This document shows, one piece after another, positions 12,801 to 24,140 of a DNA stretch of 52,343 nucleotides. A program made the translations under genes and the position numbers. Source of the DNA: Catajapyx aquilonaris. Taxonomy: Eukaryota. The notes beneath the pieces were generated by a model. The model had not been told where the DNA came from, searched no databases, and saw only the letters and a list, made by a program, of their open reading frames with translations. The stretch lies in NCBI GenBank assembly GCA_000934665.2, contig KZ538868.1:186001-238343 (forward strand). The letters are read 5' to 3'. Every line of letters starts with the position of its first letter. Positions within the stretch are counted from its first letter, which is position 1.

Positions 12801-13200
12801 CCCAGTGGTCGTAGTCTCGTCGATTTCCACGGACATACATCATGCAGTTGAGGACACTGCTGCCACCCAGCACCTTTCCTCTGGGCCACAAAGAGCGCGT
12901 GTCATTCATGGACAGGGACGTTCTGTGGTCCGGCTCGGTTCTAAACCCCCAGTCCATGTCCGAGTTCTGTGTCCTGCCAGCAAGGTAAGGAAGGGACGAC
13001 ACGTGGTTGTCCGGTGCCTCCCTCCCTGCCTCTAACAAGAGCACTGACCATGCGCTTTCTTCCGAGAGGCGGTTTGCTGCAACTGATCCTGCAGACCCAC
13101 CGCCCACTACCACGAAATCGTACTCACTTCCTGCATCCGCAAAGCTGCACCACGTCACCATGAGGAAGAAGAACACAAGTGGTGTAAGTTGATGCTTCAT
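9864..13200 (-). CDS. GMC oxidoreductase GMC3, ~619 aa, signal peptide, C-terminal KEEL, His/Pro active site
   Basis: Exons 13200-12154 and 10676-9864, phase-0 intron (GAG|GTAAGT ... TTTCAG|AGA TGG). FAD motifs intact, [10 protein letters not shown] present; the SGNTNAP motif reads SAPINAA. Confidence 0.95.
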
Positions 13201-13507
13201 GTTCCTTTGATCTTTGAATAAACTGAAGTTCACTTGAAATCAATTGGAACTAATGTATATCTAGCTGTCACTTCATAAATGGTGCTGATGTGGACTATAA
13301 AGGACACTTCGATATTTCTGTTGCTGCCCCGCATTATCGCAGCTTGAGTCAAGTTCAAGAGGTCATAGTCTGGAAAAAAATATGCTTGGAGTATAGATTG
13401 CCTCAAGGTCATTATGCGTCAAGTAAGTTACTCTGCGCATGGCAAGCATGATATTGACAGATATATTTCAGGTATAATTGCTTGGACAGTACTAAATCAA
13501 TGTGTTA

Positions 13508-13634
13508 GGGCCGGTTTCACCGAACTCAGTATATGATAAAACCAGGGTTCTTTCTCAAAATCCCTATCTATTTGTATGGGATTTTCCTAAAGAAACGTGG
13601 TTTTATCATATACCAAGTTCGGTGAAACCGGCCC
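13508..13634. mobile_element. 127-bp palindromic MITE, PIF/Harbinger (Tourist)-like
   Basis: GGGCCGGTTTCACCGAACT...AGTTCGGTGAAACCGGCCC, with inverted symmetry along nearly the whole length. Flanked by TTA and TGA (near-match to a TWA target duplication). Confidence 0.75.
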
Positions 13635-15330
13635 TGAGTCGCACAACCATATAGCTAGTTAAATGGTATTGTATACTATAGTGTCAAAAACTATTGTTTA
13701 AAACCTTAATATTGTCTTCCAGATAAGTCAGTTAAAATCAGGGATGTTTGTTTTGTCATTATGAAGATACATGATACTGGCCAAACCACCGTCGGGGGTA
13801 TATGAAAAGATCAATCGATTCAATTATTACGGCACGACAAATCCGATTACGCGATACACAAGACCTGTGCAATCAGTGTCGTCCTTGGGCTCGTATAATA
13901 ATTCATGATACCTTTCTTGCCCAAGGCCAATTTCCAGAGAAGGAATTCAATATTATCATTTTATTTCATTTGCTTTGATTGTTGTACCAGCAGTACGTAC
14001 ACTAGAGTTGCAGTATTGTGTCCATAAAATCCCGGACACGCTTTAAAGGTCGTCCAAATTTAGTAATAAATAATTCTCAGAGACCCACGAGGCTTTATCT
14101 CCACGTTGTCGTACCCCAATGCATCTTCATCCAACATCCATTACATCAAATTAAATCTACCCCTTTAAAGTTCTTCTGCACAAATTTTGCACACTTGGTT
14201 ACATCCCAGACTCTCTGCCACATTCAAATAGCCTCAGGGGCAGGTTTCACACACAATACACTGGGCCACATTCACACTCCCCGGGCTACACGCAGCTCCA
14301 AAACACCCAGAGTTTGTTGCCTTCTCTCACCCGAATTCCCGACATTATGTAAACAACCTCCTTCATTAGCAGTGCAGTGTAACTGTTTTGGTTGTATTCT
14401 ACAGTATTCCTCCGTATTCGCAGAGTAAAAAGTTCCACGCCCCCGCGGATACGGGAAACGGCGGATATTACCGAACTCTATATAAAACATTTTAAACATA
14501 CACTCACATAATATTATGCATAATATGATAAGTGTAATTCAAAAAATTATACACTCTATAGGTCCTATAGGAGAGCAACAAAACCGATTAATAATAAAGT
14601 AGAATAGGTGTAACTACAGTACACTTCAGTTTTAAAACGTTTTGAATGTTCTCAATTTCATTTTTTTTTAAATATGTACCTATAGAGTATAGAATATCAT
14701 ATATTAAAACCGTTGATATCTGAAACCGTGACTGTACACTTTTTTTGTTAATTATTTAAATTTTAATTGTGTTAATTTTCCTAGCAAGAATGGTAGAAAT
14801 AAAAAATAATGACGGTTTGTTGTGAGAGACCGAGTGCTCAACTGATTAGTAACTATTACCCAAGGTCAGCACAGCAACGGGGATAAGCACTATATCGCCA
14901 CAAGTATGATGTAGTAACACTGACATTGAAATGTCAATGTCAAATTACTTATATTAGCTGTTTATCGACTAGTGATTGTTCTGATATAAATGTGCTCCAC
15001 CTATTATTTTAATTGATTTATCACCGTAACATTTGCGCCTAATAAGTCAAACACACCTCCCTTATTACGCTGTAGTATACCGCCTCCACGTGTCCTTAAC
15101 TATATTTTCTGTCAAAGGTGATATGGTAATTAAAACACATTTCTAAACCAAATATTTCTGATATGTCTGGCCTTTGCCGATGAAGATAATGCTATCATAC
15201 TGATATATCTGTTTGCCATGTTACCTTTCGATAACTGGCTTTGAAAATTTCAAGTGTATTAGAGAAATAATCGACACTCCTAGCTGGGAAGAATCTCCAG
15301 ATGAACGTGCTCTAGTGCCTACCAAAGATA

Positions 15331-17502
15331 ATGGACCCTGGGATGAAGTTGCTGTTCCTTTTGATCTCTCTCTGCTCATCGGCAGTGGCCAGAGAGGATG
15401 CAGAATTCGATTTCATCGTGGTTGGAGCCGGATCTGCGGGAGCAGTTGTGGCAAACAGGCTCTCGGAAGAGACAGAATGGACCGTTCTTCTTCTGGAGGC
15501 CGGAGGAGAGCTGCCTCACACCCACTTGACTGATGTGCCATACTTTACCGATCGCTCCAAGCACACCGACATCGACTGGCAGTTCTACGCAGAGAATGAC
15601 GGGAAAACGTCTCTGTCTATGAAAGACGGCCGTTCATTCTGGCCCAGAGGAAAGGTCCTGGGAGGCAGCAGCGTCATGAACAGCATGCTGTACATCCGAG
15701 GCAACAGACGGGATTACGACCTGTGGGAGACCTTAGGCAACCCAGGTTGGAGCTATGAAGACGTCCTTCCCTACTTCAAGAAGTCAGAAGACAACAGCAT
15801 GCCTGAGTTGCAAGACTCGCCATACCACGGCAAAGGGGGGTACTTGTCTGTGGAGCATTCCTCGTACAGGACACCACTATTGGACCCATTTTTGCAGGCA
15901 GGAGTGGAACTGGGCTACCCAACAATTGATTGTAATGGAGAGAAACAGACTGGATTCATGGTGTCTCAGGTTGCTTCAAGAAATGGAGTCAGATGCAGCA
16001 CAGCCAGAGCCTTCCTGGACCCAGTGAGAGGCAGGCCCAACCTCAGGATAGCCACCCACTCCCAGGTGCACAGGGTGCTGGTGGAGGGAGGGAAGGTCAC
16101 CGGGGTGGAGTTCAAGCAAGAAGGTGGGGAGGTGAAGAGGGTGAGGGCCAGGAAGGAAGTGGTGCTCTCTGCTGGGGCTGTGCAGTCTCCTCAGCTGCTC
16201 ATGCTCTCGGGGATCGGACCCCGGAAGCATCTGGAGGATGTAGGAATACCTGTGGTTCACGACCTGCCAGGGGTGGGCAGAAATTTGCAAGACCACGTGT
16301 CGACCATTCTTCCCTTCGTCACAATGAAAACTGTTTTTAATAATGATGGATACATTGCGACACAGCTGAATTTTGAGGTTTGTTTAGATTCTGTAGCCTA
16401 TACATTTGCTTTATTTGGTAGTTGTTGATTTCTCAAGGAAGAGTGGACAGGAAGTCTCCTTTTGACACCCTCTGCGACAGGGAAAATATGAGATAGGCCC
16501 TACTGACTACAGTAACCGTCTAAAACAGTAATAATATGGAAAGGGATACTGTAATATGCCCTAACATTACTCCTAAAGGCCAAAAGAGCGATGCTAATAT
16601 TGTAGAGAGCAATACTTGGTAATAATCGACAAAATAGGCATGCCACGTAATCGACTATGTAATTACAGAGATGGCTAACTAACGGCACAGGACCTCTAGC
16701 CATGCCTGGTTCATTGGAGGGCAAAGCCTTTGTCCACACTAAGCGACACCAAGACTTGGATCGAGACAAAGGAGAAACCATACCATCGAAAGACTTCACC
16801 GATCAGGACTACCCGGACATCCAGTTCCATTTTGTGTCCCGTTCCTTTTTCTCTGACCCAGAACTTCCTGTTGACCTACCCCCGCCATTCGGGTTGTCTC
16901 GAGAGGCTTACATGGCAACCTACGGGTCAGTCCTCGGGAGGGATTCCTGGCACATGGTGGTCACTCTTCTCAGGCCGAAAAGCGTGGGAAGCATAGAGCT
17001 GGCCAGTGCTGACCCAGAGGCCTATCCCGTCATCCGACCCAATTATTTCACAGACGAGCATGACCTTGACCTCGCGGACATGATACAGGGCGTCAGACTG
17101 GGCCATCGCCTCTCTAAGACTGATGCTTTGCAAAAGGACTACGAGTCTTCCTTCTGGTACGGCCCTTTCCCAGGATGCGAGGAGTTTCAGGACAAAGTTG
17201 GGTCCAGGGCTTTTTGGGAGTGTTATCTCCGGCACTTCACTATGACGCTGTTCCATCCCGTGGGAACCTGCAAGATGGGACCAGACTCGGACCCGGAGGC
17301 TGTTCTGGACCCGCGTCTCAGGGTGAGAGGAGTTGTGGGCTTGAGGGTGGCGGACGCTTCCATTATGCCCAACGTGGTCAGCGGAAACACAAATGCTCCT
17401 GCCATCATGATTGGAGAGAAGGCTGCAGATTTGATAAAAGAAGACTGGGAGAAAACGCCTTCACTCGCACCAAAACCATGCGCGAGAAAGGACGAGTTGT
17501 GA
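15331..17502 (+). CDS. GMC oxidoreductase GMC4, ~626 aa, signal peptide, C-terminal KDEL
   Basis: Exons 15331-16377 and 16669-17502, phase-0 GT-AG intron. Motifs [44 protein letters not shown] at 17532-17537. Alternative start ATG at 15343. Confidence 0.95.
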
Positions 17503-18155
17503 CTGTTTAGGCCTGTTCTCGAGCGAAGACCAATAAAAATATAGGCGTTAATGATTTATTGTATCCTTGTTTATTACCGGTATATTACAAGCTTTCCATT
17601 GCTTTAACTCAGATTTGAATGCAAGTAATGACTGAGTTAACTCTTGATATGCACAAAATCTGTAGACAGGCAGAAAAATAGTTTTTGTGTCTGCATTAAC
17701 ACTCAGGACAGACTATTGGTTAAAGAAGGTTTCCATGTCAAAAGGGCAGCCATCGGATGAATTTGCCGATGTATCATTTTTACGCCATCGAGTCTCTCAA
17801 TATCCGCATTGATAAATCAACGAATATTTTTGTAACTAAAACCTAAAGGGATTGAATTTTTTTGAGAATGTTCCACTGCATTACAAGCATAGAATTTCTG
17901 TTCCAATATTGAGGCTATTAATCTTCAATTGCTCCAGACATCATGTCCTTCTACTTGACCCTTAGCTTATACACGCTGGGGTTTACTTGAAGATACTCTA
18001 TCTCTTACATGAAGTGAGTAAAAATCCAACTCTCCTATGCCACGATAAGAGCTATAGATTGTGACCTTTTACAAATGAGAGTCACATGAGTGATAGTAGC
18101 TGCTTTGAAGAAGACTGTCTAGCAGAGAGTAGTAGAGACTGACTGATCTTCAATC

Positions 18156-20946
18156 ATGGAGGGGCCAGGGAGGATGGCGACATGTCTTGTTTTGGTGGTG
18201 ACAGCCGGGTACATCATAGCATCTGTGGCGGGAGAAACAGAGTTCGATTTCATCGTGGTTGGAGCCGGATCTGCGGGAGCGGTGGTGGCAAACAGACTGT
18301 CGGAAGAACCAGAATGGACAGTCCTTCTTCTGGAGGCCGGAGGAGAGCCCACTCGTCTCTCAGACGCGCCTTACTTCATGGACCGAGCCCAGCACAGCCA
18401 CATTGACTGGGAGTTTTACGCAGAGAAGGATGGAAAGACGTGCCTGTCCATGAAAGACGGACGATCTTTCTGGCCAAGAGGGAAGGTCCTGGGAGGAAGC
18501 AGCGTGCTCAACGCCAACATGTACATCCGAGGCAATCGTCGCGACTACGACCGTTGGACAGCTCTGGGCAACCCAGGTTGGAGCTACGACGAGGTCCTCC
18601 CATATTTCAAGAAATCCGAAGACAACCTGGTTCCTGAACTGGCTGACTCGCAATACCACGGAAAAGGAGGGTACTTGTCTGTGGAGCATTCGCCTCACAA
18701 GACGCCACTCTTGGATGCAATTTTAGAAGCAGGACAGGAACTGGGCTACTCAACAATCGACTGCAACGGAGAGCATCAGACCGGATTCATGCTGACCCAG
18801 CAGACCACCAGGAAAGGGGTGAGGTGCAACACGGCCAGAGCCTTCCTGGACCCAGTGAGAGGCAGGCCCAACCTGAGGATAGCCACCCACTCCCAGGTGC
18901 ACAGGGTGCTGGTGGAGGGAGGGAAGGTCACCGGGGTGGAGTTCAAGCAAGAAGGTGGGGAGGTGAAGAGGGTGAGGGCCAGGAAGGAAGTGGTTCTGTC
19001 TGCTGGAGCTGTGCAGTCTCCACAGCTGCTCATGCTCTCGGGGATCGGACCCAGGAAGCATCTGGAGAATGTAGGAATACCTGTGGTTCACGACCTGCCA
19101 GGTGTGGGGCGTAATTTGCAAGACCACGTATCGACTATGATACCCTTTATCTCCAAAAAGGATGTCTTTATTGATGACGCCCACGTAGGAACGCAGTTGA
19201 ACTTTGAGGTAGGCCTGCTTTTAAAACATTAGTTCACAGAGTATCACATCACTGTAGGTCTAAAGCCGTAGCTGGTTGAGCATGGTTGATAAAGGAAGCT
19301 TTTTGTGCAGATTGTAGGGTTAAAATCATAATAAGTTAATAAAAATTCTATTTTCATAATGTATTAAGCTGCAATCCAAAAATAATAACACAATACTCTA
19401 ATGAAGAAAGTGTTTAAAATGTAAGATCTAGAGTTTTGATAATCACAAATAATAGTACTAAGTGGCTTGGAGCCAAAAATTATAACTACTGACTCTATAA
19501 GGACATTCATATGGGACATCTGTGCAGAAAATTAAACACGAGAGAATAATGCAGTTCTTTCTTGTAAAGTACATCTGATTTATGTATCATGGGGCCATAA
19601 AGTTGCACAGAGACCTAACAACCCATGTCTCCTTTTGTAGAGTTCATTACAGTTTTATTAGGTTTCGTCAGGCAGAGTTTCGATTTCCATTGAAGTGATA
19701 TTGTAATAATTATGAATTTATACTTTTATATCACACACTACAGTGAAGTATAGCTGAGTGCCAAAAAGGCATGCACATAATTTATTTGATGCACTGTGAA
19801 TGTTATTTTAAAATAACCCGGTTTTATTTTTCTGACCATTTAATATCAGAAGTATGGTGGGAATGTTATGCTAGATTGTTTTTCGGCCTGCCTGGATCAT
19901 TTTTACTGCCTGTAGCCTACAGTGATTAGCTATTAAAAGCGTTTCAGCCATGACTGTCCTACATTTACTGGTAGGATACTGTATGGTGTATGCTAAATAT
20001 CCTATGGGGCAATGTCCTTCAGGTGGTCACTTGAATGACAAGACACAGAGTAACAGCAGCACGTAATTTAAATGATTTAATGAGATTGTAATTTCTCCGG
20101 CTATACCATTAACAGAAATGGCTGACCAATGGAACTGGCCCAATTTCTCTGGCGACTACCATAGAGGCCATGGCTTTCGTCCATACTAAACGACATCCAG
20201 ACCTGGATAAGGACGGGGTTGAAGCAGCAGCCGAAGATCTCCTGGACAGTGATTATCCAGACATTCAGTTTCACGTAGGCTCCCGCTCCATCTTTTCGGA
20301 CAAGGAGCTTCGGGAAGACTTGCATCCGCCATTTGGGCTGTCCAAAGAAGCCTTCATTGCAGCCTACGGGCCAGTCATCGGGACGACTTCGTGGGCCAAT
20401 GTGGTCACTCTTCTCAGGCCAAGAAGCGTGGGCAGCATAGAGCTGGCCAGCGCTGACCCGGAGGACTACCCTGTCATCCGAGCCAACTATTACACCGACG
20501 AGGAAGGTCGTGACCTTTCAGACATGATCCAGGGTGCCAGAATTGCCCTACGGTTTTCCAAGGCTGAAGCCCTGCAAAAAGGATACGAGTCCAGCATGTG
20601 GTCTGGACCACTTCCAGGATGCGAAGAGTTCGAGGACCAAGTTGATTCCAGGGCTTTTTGGGAATGCTACCTGCGACACTTCACCATGACCCTCTACCAT
20701 CCTTCGGGCACTTGCAAGATGGGGCCAGACTCGGACCCGGAGGCTGTTCTGGACCCTCGTCTCAGGGTGAGAGGCATCGAGGGACTGAGAGTGGTTGACT
20801 GCTCTGTCATGCCCAATTTGGTCAGCGGAAACACCAACGCTCCAACCATCATGATTGGAGAGAAGGCGTCCGATTTGATCAAAGAAGACTGGGGGAAGAA
20901 GCCTTCCCTCACGCCAAAACCACGTGTGGGAAAGGACGAATTGTGA
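18156..20946 (+). CDS. GMC oxidoreductase GMC5, ~627 aa, signal peptide, C-terminal KDEL
   Basis: Exons 18156-19208 and 20116-20946, phase-0 GT-AG intron. Motifs [38 protein letters not shown] at 20980-20985. Confidence 0.95.
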
Positions 20947-22157
20947 TTATGTACTAGCGTGTGAAGGACGTGCTAAACGAATAAATGAAAAGTCAGTGTC
21001 ACGTACAGGCCTATATATACTTTCATGCATAACGACAGTCTCCTTTCCATTGAGAATAGCAAAGAAATATTGTGTGCAAGACTGTACTGCATTCACATTT
21101 GACAGGCACATGCTGATGTATCAACTCTTAAAGAAATATAGTTTTATTTACAGTTATCTGGGAGTTCCTTGCCATTAATTACGTTGTCATACAAGTTGGT
21201 GAGGAGTATGTTCAGATCTGTGGGTATAGTAGCCACCTGAGGAATTTTTCAGCAATTTGTATAGTAATTTTACTGCAGAGGAGCTGCCAAACTAATCTTT
21301 AGTAATCGCAAATATAACAGCATACAGCACACTAGCTCTAACATAATACATGGCTTTACACTGTCACGATTTCCAAAAGCAGCGTTGCAATCAATGTGAC
21401 ATCCACTGTACCAGAATACAGGTAATAAATAATTTTCCCGTGTTTAGAACTGTTCAAAATCTACAATAGTAGGCCACCCGGAAATTAGAGGTTGACCATA
21501 ATCGCAGGTGCAGATATGATGTAAGTTATTAGACGTTTGTGAAATTAGCTGACAGTCTGCCAGTTCAAGTTTTGAAGTGCGTAAGAAAATAATTTAAATA
21601 TTTATTGCGAAAATATTTTGACCCAAAGTCTTTAAAATCCACTTGTTCAACGCCTTATTAATTACATGTAATATAAAATGCAGAGTGTTTTTTTTTCAAA
21701 ATTTCACTGCAATGCATTAGCGGAGGCAACAAGCTCTTAACTTGCTCACTAATAGTGAAGCTAAAATTATTAACCTGGCACTGGGATCAATTTTAAAAGT
21801 TTACTGACATCAACTGATGTAACACATATAATATTTATAATTGAAAACAAAATTTATAAGATATGGCTTATTACAGATCTGAACGCGTTAGAATTTTATC
21901 CCGACATGACGTAATCAATAAAGTGAAGTGGCCAGACATAACGACCTCTCTTTTTTACCGCAGTAGTCTGCTACATACAAGCAACTGCACTTGAAGATAG
22001 AGTATCGCAAAGGAGGGTGAAAATGCCATTTTTATGGAGGGTGATAAAATCCATACTGTGACCTTTCACAAATCAGCGCAACATGAGTGATAGCAGCTGA
22101 TCAGAAGAGCCCTGTCGAAGAACAGCAGTGGCGACAGACTGCTCCTCGAAACCGATC

Positions 22158-24140
22158 ATGGAGGGGCCATCAGGGAGGATTGGGGCATTTTTATTATTAT
22201 TGACCGCAGCCTCTTGTTGGTGCATCGTAGCATCTGTGGCGGGAAATGAGGCAGAGTTTGATTTCATCGTGGTTGGTGCTGGATCTGCAGGAGCGGTGGT
22301 GGCAAACAGGCTCTCGGAAGAGTCAGAATGGACAGTCCTTCTTCTGGAGGCCGGAGGAGAACCACCTCATCTGACTGATGTGCCTTACTTCGCCGATAGA
22401 TCCAAATACACAGACATTGATTGGCAGTTTTACGCAGAGAAGGATGAGAACACGTTTCTATCCATGAAAGACGGCCGTTCATTTTGGCCCAGAGGAAAGG
22501 TCCTGGGAGGAAGTAGTGTCATGAACTCCATGGTGTACATCCGAGGAAATCGACACGACTACGACCGTTGGGCAGCTCTGGGCAACCCAGGTTGGAGCTA
22601 CGACGAGGTCCTCCCATATTTCAAGAAATCCGAAGACAACCTTGTTCCTGAACTGGCTGACTCGCCTTACCATGGTAGAGGAGGATATTTGTCTGTGGAG
22701 CATTCCTCGTACAGGACACCACTCATGGATGCGTTTCTGGAAGCCGGGAAGGAACTGGGCTACTCAACAATCGACTCTAATGGAGAGCATCAGTCAGGAT
22801 TCATGGTGCCTCAGTTTTCGACGAAAAATGGAGTCAGATGCAGCACAGCCAGGGCCTTCCTGGACCCAGTGAGAGGCAGGCCCAACCTGAGGATAGCCAC
22901 CCACTCCCAGGTGCACAGGATGCTGGTGGAGGGTGGGAAGGTCACCGGGGTTGAGTTCAAGCAAGAAGGTGGGGAGGTGAAGAGGGTGAGGGCCAGGAAG
23001 GAAGTGGTTCTGTCTGCTGGGGCTGTGCAGTCTCCGCAGCTGCTCATGCTCTCGGGGATCGGACCCAGGAAGCATCTGGAGGATGTAGGAATACCTGTGG
23101 TTCATGACCTGCCAGGTGTGGGCAGAAATTTGCAGGACCACGTGTCGACTCTCCTTTCCTTCATCATGAAGAAAACAGTTTTTCATAATGATGCACACTT
23201 TGCTACACAGTTGAATTTTGAGGTATGGCCTGCTGTTATAATTCTGTTATAATTTCTGCATCATTCAGCATTCAATTGTGTATTTTAAAAATCCCCACAG
23301 AGATGGCTGACTAACGGAACTGGTCCTCTCGCCTTGCCTGCTTCAGTGGAAACAAACGCCTATGTTCATCCCAAGCGACACCACGACTTGGATCGAGACG
23401 ATGGAGAATCACCCACGCCCTCAGAAGAATCCCATGATCAGGACTACCCGGACATCGCGTTTCATTTTGGTTCGCGGTCCATATTTTCGGACTCAGGTAC
23501 TCGTGACGACCTACCACTGCCTTTCGCCCTGTCCAAAGAAGCATTCCAGGGAGCCTACGGGACAGTGATTGGGAAAGATTCATGGTCCATGTCGGTGACC
23601 CTTCTTAGGCCACGAAGTGTGGGTAGCATAAAACTGGCCAGTGCTGACCCAGAGGACCATCCCATCATTAGACCTAACTATTACAGCGATGAGCAAGGTC
23701 GCGACCTCGCAGATGTGATACAGGGTGCTAGATTAGCCCTCCGGTTGTCCAAAACTGAAGCGTTGCAAAAGGACTACGAGTCTTCCTTCTGGTACGGCCC
23801 TTTCCCAGGATGCGAGGAGTTTCAGGACAAAGTTGGGTCCAGGGCTTTTTGGGAGTGTTATCTCCGGCACTTCACTATGACGCTGTTCCATCCCGTGGGA
23901 ACCTGCAAGATGGGACCAGACTCGGACCCTGAGGCTGTTCTGGACCCGCGTCTCAGGGTGAGAGGAGTTGAGGGCTTGAGAGTGGCAGACGCATCCATCA
24001 TGCCCAAACTGGTCAGCGGAAACACCAACGCTCCTACCATCATGATTGGAGAGAAAGCTGCCGATTTGATCAAAGAGGACTGGGGAAAAAAGCCTTCCCT
24101 CGCGCCAAAACCACATGTGATGGGAAAGGATGAGTTGTGA
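22158..24140 (+). CDS. GMC oxidoreductase GMC6, ~634 aa, signal peptide, C-terminal KDEL
   Basis: Exons 22158-23222 and 23301-24140, 78-nt phase-0 GT-AG intron. ATG 22158 (MEGPSG) is homologous to the GMC5 start (MEGPG). All GMC motifs intact. Confidence 0.95.

Noticed and set aside
14100..14260. Cys/His-spaced minus-strand peptide resembling a PHD-finger remnant
   Set aside because: Contains stops, the ligand pattern is incomplete, and it cannot be supported without a search.
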